From a virus: 48,763 nucleotides of DNA. Position numbers and translations under genes: made by a program. Shown here piece by piece: positions 41,879-48,172 of this stretch (position 1 is the first letter of the stretch; every line of letters begins with the position of its first letter). The stretch is from positions 1 to 48,763 of the IMG/VR virus record IMGVR_UViG_3300043640_000055. The stretch is one strand, 5' to 3'. The notes beneath the pieces were generated by a model. The model worked only from the letters and a program-made list of their open reading frames with translations. It ran no database searches and was not told the DNA's origin.

Positions 41879-42565
41879 TCAGGCTGCTTTCTTTCCTGCG
41901 TCGCGACGATTCGTGACGGCTTGTTTGAGGGCGTCGATTTGACTCTGGTCGAGCTGGTGCTTGCGGCGGGCGTCTTTCTGTTCGTCGGACATCCACCACG
42001 CGACAACCTCTTCTGGGTTCATCGCGGCGATAGCGTCCCGGCAGTCCACCATGAAATCGACGCGGGCCGTGAAATCGTCAGGCAGGATGGATTGCTTCTG
42101 CGCGCCGGGCTTTGCCGGCTTGCTATCGTCAATGACATTGACTTGCTGCTTGTCGTAAAGCGCCAGCCCAAAGGGATTGCCGAACGTCATCAGGGCGCGC
42201 TTCATGGCGTCCGTCTCAGCTTCCTTGAGCGCGCTTTCGTGTGCCTGACCTAGATCCCGGTCAATGCCATGCCCGGCGCCGCAGCCTTCGCGGCAGACGT
42301 TGCCGACCATGACGCGAACCTTGACGATGTACGTCACTCCGAATCCGGTAGCGCCTGACTGTCCGATAGAGCGCTCGCCTTCGGAAACGCACTTGATGTC
42401 GATCGTCTCGCGGGTCCAGCCATCAAAGCCAAAAATACGGTTGGCCTCTTCAACAGCTTTCCAGCCCTCGATATAGCTGACCTCACGTCCACCCTGCTTG
42501 CGGGTTTTGACGAGTGACGACGAAAGGGGAGCCGCCAGCGCGGCCTTTTGGGTTTCGTCAAGCAT
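41879..42565 (-). CDS. Rad52/Rad22-family single-strand annealing protein
   Basis: [26 protein letters not shown]...[27 protein letters not shown]. Confidence 0.8.
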   Translation of the reverse strand: MLDETQKAALAAPLSSSLVKTRKQGGREVSYIEGWKAVEEANRIFGFDGWTRETIDIKCVSEGERSIGQSGATGFGVTYIVKVRVMVGNVCREGCGAGHGIDRDLGQAHESALKEAETDAMKRALMTFGNPFGLALYDKQQVNVIDDSKPAKPGAQKQSILPDDFTARVDFMVDCRDAIAAMNPEEVVAWWMSDEQKDARRKHQLDQSQIDALKQAVTNRRDAGKKAA

Positions 42566-43326
42566 CACAGCTTCCTTTCGCTGGTTGCGCGAACGCCGGG
42601 GGGCAGTTCGCCGTGAAGTTTGCGGTAATCGCGGGCGGCGCTCAGAATGGCGTCGCGGACTTTATCGTTAGGCCCGATCGCCTTGAGGGCGAGGCCGTAG
42701 CTGTCCAGGTGCAGCGTTTCGACGGTACGGAGCGAGGCGGAACGATCGAACCCGCCGCCAATCTTGACTTTGGTGTCCCGCTCGGCACGGGCGGCAAAGC
42801 GCGACTGGCGCTCAAACTCTTCGAAGGCGTCATCGGCTTGCTTGGTGACTTCCGCCACATCCACAACCTCGCCGGCCTTCGCGTTCGCCAATGCCTCAGC
42901 TTCCTTGGCCTCGGCTTCGCGGGCGGCCCGCTCGGCTTCCTCTTGGGCAAGGCGCGCAATCTCGGCTTCGCGCGCGCGGCGCTGTTCTTCCTTGATCATG
43001 AAGGCGGCAACGCGGGCTTTAAGCTCGATCACGATCTTGTCGAACAGGCCGGGCTTTTTCTTATCGACGTTATGCAGAGCCTTATATTTGGCGTTGATGG
43101 CGTCTACTGTGTCATTTAGCGGTCGCACCTTGCCGTCACGCTCGGCCTCAACCTCTTCAAGAGAGGCTTTGGCGCGATCCAGGAACGGCTTTGCCTCGCG
43201 GGCCTGATCTTCTGTCTCGACTGTCGGGTGATCCGAAAGCCAAGCGTTGATGTCGTCAATGACGCTCTGAGCGTGATCGATGGGGCCGGGTGGGTTGTTG
43301 GAGCCGATGCGAGCAAGGTTAGGCAT
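42565..43326 (-). CDS. Coiled-coil protein with N-terminal NNPP motif (253 aa)
   Basis: ORF track. Central Glu/Ala/Arg-rich helix. Confidence 0.6.
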   Translation of the reverse strand: MPNLARIGSNNPPGPIDHAQSVIDDINAWLSDHPTVETEDQAREAKPFLDRAKASLEEVEAERDGKVRPLNDTVDAINAKYKALHNVDKKKPGLFDKIVIELKARVAAFMIKEEQRRAREAEIARLAQEEAERAAREAEAKEAEALANAKAGEVVDVAEVTKQADDAFEEFERQSRFAARAERDTKVKIGGGFDRSASLRTVETLHLDSYGLALKAIGPNDKVRDAILSAARDYRKLHGELPPGVRATSERKL

Positions 43327-43630
43327 GTTGAACGACCCTCAATTTCGGAAGCGGGAACTCGCCACGCTCCATGCGGATTTCGGTAATGATGGCGTCCACT
43401 CGCGCTTTGATCGACCAAAGCTCGCCTTCCTCTTTTGCGACGAAGGGAGCGGAGATGGGATCAAGCCGGAGCTTGTAAAGCTCTGCACTGGCAAGCCAGC
43501 AATCGCGAACGGCGCGGGCAACCTTGTCTTGGGCGATTTCCCGAGGCGTCAAAGGTTCTTCGCCCATGTCGTCTTCCATGATGCGACGGATCGTTTCGAG
43601 ATCCTGATGTAGCTCTGACATTTTAGACAT
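43319..43630 (-). CDS. Hypothetical protein (103 aa)
   Basis: ATG 43630. The longer track ORF is an out-of-frame extension over the upstream gene. Confidence 0.5.
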   Translation of the reverse strand: MSKMSELHQDLETIRRIMEDDMGEEPLTPREIAQDKVARAVRDCWLASAELYKLRLDPISAPFVAKEEGELWSIKARVDAIITEIRMERGEFPLPKLRVVQHA

Positions 43631-43955
43631 TTGACGGCTCCTGCGGTAACGCGGTCCAAAACTTGGCGTCGTCCAACTCGGCGGTGAAATCCGCGTCCAT
43701 GCAAACCCATTGGAAGCCGTCGAAATCCGCGCCTTCCTGGGTCTCGATTTTCTTTCCGTCCTCCCACCACGCCTCACACCAGCCAGTGGCCAGCTTGACC
43801 AGCACAGGCTCGCCATTGAACGGCGCTCCGTCAGGCAGGACGATATTTCCCTTCTCGTCGAAGTCGTAGGTGACCGGCCTTACCGAGGGCTCCGCTGCCG
43901 CCTGACTTCTCGGTGCCGAAGCCTGTTTGCTGTCGATGTGAATCAGATCAGACAT
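43623..43955 (-). CDS. Hypothetical protein (110 aa), DUF551-like C-terminal region (tentative)
   Basis: ATG 43955. PVLVKLATGWCEAWWEDGKK. The N-terminus contains motif copy C, translated as SAPRSQ. Confidence 0.5.
   Translation of the reverse strand: MSDLIHIDSKQASAPRSQAAAEPSVRPVTYDFDEKGNIVLPDGAPFNGEPVLVKLATGWCEAWWEDGKKIETQEGADFDGFQWVCMDADFTAELDDAKFWTALPQEPSNV
43901..43911 (+). repeat. CCTGACTTCTC motif, copy C (tcgatgtgaatc at 43933-43944)
   Basis: Read directly. Lies inside a minus-strand coding region. Confidence 0.9.
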
Positions 43956-44061
43956 GCGCGCCACTCCAAATAGTCGCCGCTAAAACAATGATGTTGACGA
44001 GAAGGGTTACCGCTACGGTTTGAGCGATAATCTGGTTTGTTGATTGGGGAGGGGAGATCAT
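43948..44061 (-). CDS. Micro membrane protein (37 aa)
   Basis: ATGA-coupled upstream and overlapping the downstream start. MISPPQSTNQIIAQTVAVTLLVNIIVLAATIWSGAHV. Confidence 0.4.
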   Translation of the reverse strand: MISPPQSTNQIIAQTVAVTLLVNIIVLAATIWSGAHV

Positions 44062-44498
44062 GGCGCCGTTTCCCACTCGTAAGAATCGCGGGTTTCAACG
44101 CTCTCGCGCCCGTCGTATTCGTCGATCCGGTATTGCGTCCCGGACGGAATTTCCGTGATACGAATTTCCGCGCATTGACCGTTCGCCTTTTTGCCAAGCT
44201 CCTCGATCACTTGGATAAGGTGCGGGTCGGCGCGATCGTTCCGCACGTCATAGGAAGACCAATAGCTGTCGTTGGAAAACACTGGCGTGGTGCAGTAGTG
44301 CACCATGAACGCTTCTGCCGCCTCTTGATCGGTCGCGCGTCGATATCGCTCAGGCGAGCTAATAGGCTTCTTGCCAGCCAGCCGGTCGTCCACGAAGCAA
44401 TAAAGCTTCAGGTCCTTGAGTTCGGCGTAACGCATGATCCCGGCGTGGCTAAGACCGAAGCCACCAAAGCATGCGTTGTAAGCAATCTTCGACATCAC
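44058..44498 (-). CDS. Hypothetical protein (146 aa)
   Basis: ORF track. MSKIAYNACFGGFGLSHAG-type conserved phage N-terminus. Confidence 0.6.
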   Translation of the reverse strand: MMSKIAYNACFGGFGLSHAGIMRYAELKDLKLYCFVDDRLAGKKPISSPERYRRATDQEAAEAFMVHYCTTPVFSNDSYWSSYDVRNDRADPHLIQVIEELGKKANGQCAEIRITEIPSGTQYRIDEYDGRESVETRDSYEWETAP

Positions 44499-44827
44499 AC
44501 CGTCTCCCCGTGTTTGCGGAGGTCGCGGGCGTGGTCCCGGTTGAAGAAATGGCGCTGTTCGGCGGGAGACGTTTCGGCTAACGCGGATGCGATCGGCTCC
44601 ATGCAGTTTGCGAGGCTGGCGTCTGCGATAATTTCTTTGGAAATATCTTCGATGTAGTTCCCATCAACGAACTTGACGAAGGCGATGGTGTTGCGCCCCT
44701 CCTTCAAGATATTGCTGGCCTGTTCGACAATCGCCCGGCGCGTCAACTCGGGCTGGCACACCGCCTCGAAACCCATCGGGCCGTGCGGACCTTTGCCGTA
44801 GTCGATCATGAGAATGTAGAACTGCAT
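44495..44827 (-). CDS. Hypothetical protein (110 aa)
   Basis: ORF track; ATGA-coupled. Confidence 0.55.
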   Translation of the reverse strand: MQFYILMIDYGKGPHGPMGFEAVCQPELTRRAIVEQASNILKEGRNTIAFVKFVDGNYIEDISKEIIADASLANCMEPIASALAETSPAEQRHFFNRDHARDLRKHGETV

Positions 44828-44836
44828 TGCCCGCTC

Positions 44837-45136
44837 CTACAGGTTGGCTTCGAGGGCTTTTTCAGCGCGACTCTTTGGAGGTTGCTGCCCGTCGAAAGTT
44901 TTCATCCAAGCACTCAAAACCGGAACTGCTTTCTCGCGGCTGAGGCCGAATGTTTGGATGAGGTAGGGCACGGCGCCGAACATGTTGGTGACGCCGCTGT
45001 CGCGAAGCGCATCGAGAAATGCGAAGTAGGTGGTCAGCTTGCGGACGCTTACGCCCTTGATCAACGGCGGTGAGGCGGATGCCGTCGCATCCTGACTTCT
45101 CGGTGCTGAGCCTTGCTGGCTATTGCGCTGAAACAT
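44837..45136 (-). CDS. Hypothetical protein (99 aa)
   Basis: ORF track. The N-terminus contains motif copy D, translated as SAPRSQ. Confidence 0.5.
   Translation of the reverse strand: MFQRNSQQGSAPRSQDATASASPPLIKGVSVRKLTTYFAFLDALRDSGVTNMFGAVPYLIQTFGLSREKAVPVLSAWMKTFDGQQPPKSRAEKALEANL
45091..45101 (+). repeat. CCTGACTTCTC motif, copy D (16-nt identity cctgacttctcggtgc with copy C)
   Basis: Read directly. Confidence 0.9.
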
Positions 45137-45171
45137 TCTTCCCCCCGGTGTGTGAGATGGTGAATTTGAAA

Positions 45172-45363
45172 TTAGGCGGCGGACTGCACGATGCGGGTCG
45201 CGGCCTTGCGAACCAGCTCAGCGCGGGCGTTCTTCTTCGGCGCCCAAGTGCCCTTGCGACCGCTCACCAGTTTGACTTCGATGCCGTTCCAGACGTGGGC
45301 CAGATCGGCAGAGCCGGTTTCGGTGACCTGATAGAAGCGGTTGTCTGAGGTCTGGATGATCAT
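45172..45363 (-). CDS. First gene of the leftward early operon (63 aa, basic)
   Basis: ATG 45363 after GGAGCA-N7. MIIQTSDNRFYQVTETGSADLAHVWNGIEVKL... Confidence 0.5.
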   Translation of the reverse strand: MIIQTSDNRFYQVTETGSADLAHVWNGIEVKLVSGRKGTWAPKKNARAELVRKAATRIVQSAA

Positions 45364-45400
45364 CTGTCTGTGCTCCATCGGGGCGGCTTCGATGGATGTA

Positions 45401-45429
45401 GATGTACACGGGATGCACATTCAGGTCAA
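45401..45429 (-). promoter_or_regulatory. PL: TTGACC-N17-TACATC with embedded operator ATGTGCATCCCGTGTACAT
   Basis: Read on the minus strand. About 30 bp are homologous to PR (TTGAC-N4-ATGTGCNTCCCNTGTACA). Confidence 0.55.
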
Positions 45430-45463
45430 CAGGGAATGTGTATCAGGCGCACAAATAATTTCG

Positions 45464-45494
45464 GCAAAGAAAAACCCGCCGGAATCAGCGGGTT
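45464..45494 (-). terminator. Rho-independent terminator of the repressor-lipoprotein transcript
   Basis: Minus strand: aacccgc-tgattccg-gcgggtt followed by tttttcttt. Confidence 0.75.
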
Positions 45495-45519
45495 AGAGGA
45501 GCACTCAGATTTGAGCCGT

Positions 45520-45750
45520 CTATTTTTCCGTAGCTGCCTGTATCCGGCTGACAAGCCCGCCGCCGCTGGCGAAGCCTTCCGAGGCCCTCACGTTCGCCCG
45601 GTTGGTGTCGAGATTTGACCGGCACTGTACATAAGCCGGGGAACCGACTTCTACCCCGTAGGACCGGCACTGCCGATCATCCAGCGCGATCCGGTCGTCT
45701 GTCGTCTGGCAGCCGGCAAGCAGTAGAGCTGCAAAAACTGCCCGCTTCAT
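45520..45750 (-). CDS. Small lipoprotein (76 aa), lysogeny-expressed moron
   Basis: MKRAVFAALLLAGC lipobox. The start overlaps the repressor stop (ATGA). Own terminator lies 26 nt downstream. Confidence 0.7.
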   Translation of the reverse strand: MKRAVFAALLLAGCQTTDDRIALDDRQCRSYGVEVGSPAYVQCRSNLDTNRANVRASEGFASGGGLVSRIQAATEK

Positions 45751-46091
45751 GTCCCCGTCCTCGTTTTGACCCTAAATTCAAGGTATTTTGTGGTATCCAG
45801 CCTTTCGGCCTCCTGCGCCTGATCCCAAAGGGACCATATGGCGTCTTCCGCGTCCGGGTTCCGCATGATGAGGCTGGCGGGTTCCGTTTTATACAGGTCT
45901 GCAAGGGCTTCCAGAAGCTCCTGGTTATACGGTTGAAGGCCGCGCTCTATCCGCCCGAGCTGCGCGTGGGACATCCCCACGACCTCGCCAGCCTGTTCTA
46001 GGGTCTTTCCAGCCTTCAGGCGCCATTGGCGCATGAACGTCGGGCGGAAGCGCTGGACTTTCGGCCTTGGTCGGACGGGTTTTTTTGCCAT
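45747..46091 (-). CDS. CI-like XRE-family repressor (short form, no S24 peptidase domain)
   Basis: AGKTLEQAGEVVGMSHAQLGRIERGLQPY HTH. Divergent from the Cro-like gene. Start ambiguous (46091, 46097 or 46112) and no SD, so possibly leaderless. Confidence 0.7.
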   Translation of the reverse strand: MAKKPVRPRPKVQRFRPTFMRQWRLKAGKTLEQAGEVVGMSHAQLGRIERGLQPYNQELLEALADLYKTEPASLIMRNPDAEDAIWSLWDQAQEAERLDTTKYLEFRVKTRTGT

Positions 46092-46141
46092 GTACATATG
46101 ATGCACTGCCATATTTGCTTGTACAGAACACCGGATGCACA
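46090..46141. promoter_or_regulatory. Cluster of ATG(T/C)(A/G)CA heptamers (auxiliary operators / PRM region)
   Basis: ATGTACAtatgATGCAC at 46090-46106 and TGTACAgaacaccggATGCACA at 46120-46141. Confidence 0.4.
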
Positions 46142-46148
46142 AAAAGCC

Positions 46149-46177
46149 TTGACGGCAATGTGCGTCCCATGTACAGA
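46149..46177 (+). promoter_or_regulatory. PR: TTGACG-N17-TACAGA with embedded operator ATGTGCGTCCCATGTACA
   Basis: Read directly. The predicted start site (~46184) coincides with the Cro-like ATG. Confidence 0.55.
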
Positions 46178-46183
46178 CGGGGC

Positions 46184-46402
46184 ATGCATCTAGCTGATTA
46201 CATGAAAACCAACGGCCTCTCGGATGACGATGTTGCAGTCGGCATCTCCCGTTCACGTCCAACCGTGAGCAGAATCCGCCGCAGGCTAGTGCGCCCCGAC
46301 TGGGAAACAATCGAAGCTATCAAGACGTTCACGAATGGTGCGTCGAGCGCAGATGACTATCAGAACATCGAGGCCCCGACCGAAGCGGAGCCCGCTCAAT
46401 GA
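46184..46402 (+). CDS. Cro-like HTH regulator (72 aa)
   Basis: LADYMKTNGLSDDDVAVGISRSRPTVSRIRRRLVRPDWETIEAIKTFTNG. Start choice among 46169, 46184 and 46202 is uncertain. Confidence 0.6.
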   Translation: MHLADYMKTNGLSDDDVAVGISRSRPTVSRIRRRLVRPDWETIEAIKTFTNGASSADDYQNIEAPTEAEPAQ

Positions 46403-46650
46403 CTCGTTCGCCGGCCCATCGTTCGCAAAGCATGGATAGTGTCCGCAATGCTGGCGCACTCCTGCAAGCATTGCGACAATTCCTCGGGTTTCATGACCAC
46501 GGTGTAAAACCACTCGATGTGGCCAAAACGTTTCGCCCCGCAGACGAGACGAATGTCGTCCCCGTCTATTTCGATTTCCCATTTGGTCACGCGGTATTCC
46601 GGCAATCCAAACGTATCGGGCGCGCTGGGCGCCTCTTCGTGCATTCCCAT
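46396..46650 (-). CDS. Hypothetical protein (84 aa), convergent with the Cro-like gene
   Basis: GGGGAA RBS. 7-nt 3' overlap with the Cro-like gene. AT-rich region upstream. Confidence 0.5.
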   Translation of the reverse strand: MGMHEEAPSAPDTFGLPEYRVTKWEIEIDGDDIRLVCGAKRFGHIEWFYTVVMKPEELSQCLQECASIADTIHALRTMGRRTSH

Positions 46651-47147
46651 TTTGCTTTCCCCAAACGCCTTCCGCTAAAGGCGCGTGGGGAGAATTGCAC
46701 AACTCTAACATTTCTAAAAATTAATTTTCATTTCTGCGTGAAGATTCTTTTCCGGTGTCTCGATTTGAAGCAGCTATCACCGACCAACAGCAACAATCAT
46801 CACCACCCATACATTCGGAATGCTGATCGTCACGCTCGCGATTATCGATTGATAAATCATGGATGGATGGCATGAGTGCTCGTCATTTCGGAATCAACGC
46901 GACAAGCCGGGAGACGATGGGGGCGCATCCGTCTCCCGGCTCTCTGCTCAGCAGCAGTTACGCACTGCCTAGCAATTCAATTCTTTCCTCCGACCTTCCG
47001 TTCGAACGCAGTCAATTCGCGCAGGCGTTGATTGACATACTCGCGGTGGTCTTTGGCGTTTTCTTCATCTGCTCGGTCGCGTGCAGCGTCCCGGTTGCTC
47101 TGTTCATGCTGTTCTTTTGTAGTTTTTGACGCCCATCGGAGCATTTG

Positions 47148-47657
47148 ATGCCCAAGACAATGCCTGGCCCGCCTCTCACCGCTGACGAACTGCGAAGAAC
47201 GTTCAGCTATGACGAAGCCACCGGCCTCTTCACAAGAACGAGCCATTGGCAAACGAACCTTATCGGCAGGGTCGCAGGCACGATTGATAAGCGCGGTCGC
47301 AACTGCATTGTCATTCGAACACGAACCTATTACGCGCACCGGCTCGTCTGGCTTTACGTCCATGGTCGGTGGCCTGTCGCAGAGATTGACCACATCAATC
47401 GCGATTGCTCCGACAATCGACTTGTTAATCTGCGAGAGGCTACGCGCTTCGAGAACATGGCTAATCGCGTTCCCGCGACGCCGCCATTGAGTGGCGTAGT
47501 TGGTGTCAGGGAGCAACGCACGACATACGCCGCCCGTACTTCGGTTCGGGGCAAACGCCTCTACCTTGGCGCCTTTGCAACTCAAGAGGAAGCCGAGGCT
47601 GCTTATATTGCCGTTAAGGGCGCTGCCTACGGCGAATACGCTAGATTTAATGACTGA
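47148..47657 (+). CDS. HNH endonuclease with AP2 DNA-binding domain
   Basis: YAHRLVWLYVHGRWPVAEIDHINRDCSDNRLVNLREATRFEN (HNH_3 type) and GVVGVREQRTTYAARTSVRGKRLYLGAFATQEEAEAAY (AP2 type). Confidence 0.8.
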   Translation: MPKTMPGPPLTADELRRTFSYDEATGLFTRTSHWQTNLIGRVAGTIDKRGRNCIVIRTRTYYAHRLVWLYVHGRWPVAEIDHINRDCSDNRLVNLREATRFENMANRVPATPPLSGVVGVREQRTTYAARTSVRGKRLYLGAFATQEEAEAAYIAVKGAAYGEYARFND

Positions 47658-47733
47658 TTTTGTCCCGCGTTTGGTTGCAGCCAAACGAGGGTGTCGAAGA
47701 AGTAATGGGATGTTTTGATTAGCTGCCTTCCTC

Positions 47734-48153
47734 ATGTCCCGAAACATGCACGGAAGGATTGTCCAGGTGAGTACAAAGAATGTCCGGAAATCGAAAATGA
47801 TCAGTTCGGCAGCAATAACCACTCTGACCAGATCACGCGCCAGCATTCTTGTGGAACGCGCAGAGCGCAAGACCGGCTCACGGATGGAAGCCTACGATGT
47901 GGTGGCGCGGAGCGTCGGCACTTCGGCGGGATGGCTCCGCAAACTCGTCAGAGGCTACGAGGCAAAAGAACCTCGGGCGACAATCTACGAAAATATCAGG
48001 GCACAATACGAAGCATTGTGTCACCGCGTCGAAGAAGAAAATGAAATCGACGAGGCGCGCTTGCGTCTCCTAGCGGGGAATCCGTATGCGACTAGTCAAG
48101 GCATTGTGGAAGAAACTCACGGTCAAAATAAAATTGGCGTGGGCAAAGTTTAA
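47734..48153 (+). CDS. Hypothetical protein (up to 139 aa)
   Basis: ORF track. Start uncertain; an alternative ATG lies at 47797. Confidence 0.5.
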   Translation: MSRNMHGRIVQVSTKNVRKSKMISSAAITTLTRSRASILVERAERKTGSRMEAYDVVARSVGTSAGWLRKLVRGYEAKEPRATIYENIRAQYEALCHRVEEENEIDEARLRLLAGNPYATSQGIVEETHGQNKIGVGKV

Positions 48154-48172
48154 AAGAGAGGGGTAGGGGACC

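Noticed and set aside
46863-47129. 88-aa + strand ORF versus 55-aa minus-strand ORF (46977..47144)
   Set aside because: The two are mutually exclusive. The + frame has the higher GC3 but an odd Ser/Leu/Phe-rich composition, mirroring the charged antisense frame. The minus frame would start 3 nt from the HNH gene start with no room for promoters. Neither could be supported, so neither is listed as a feature.
46977-47870. 297-aa minus-strand ORF
   Set aside because: It is antisense to the well-supported HNH-AP2 gene (47148..47657) and has no recognisable motifs. It is a typical GC-rich antisense open frame. Only its last 55 codons (46977..47144) look protein-like, and even that segment conflicts with the adjacent + strand start.
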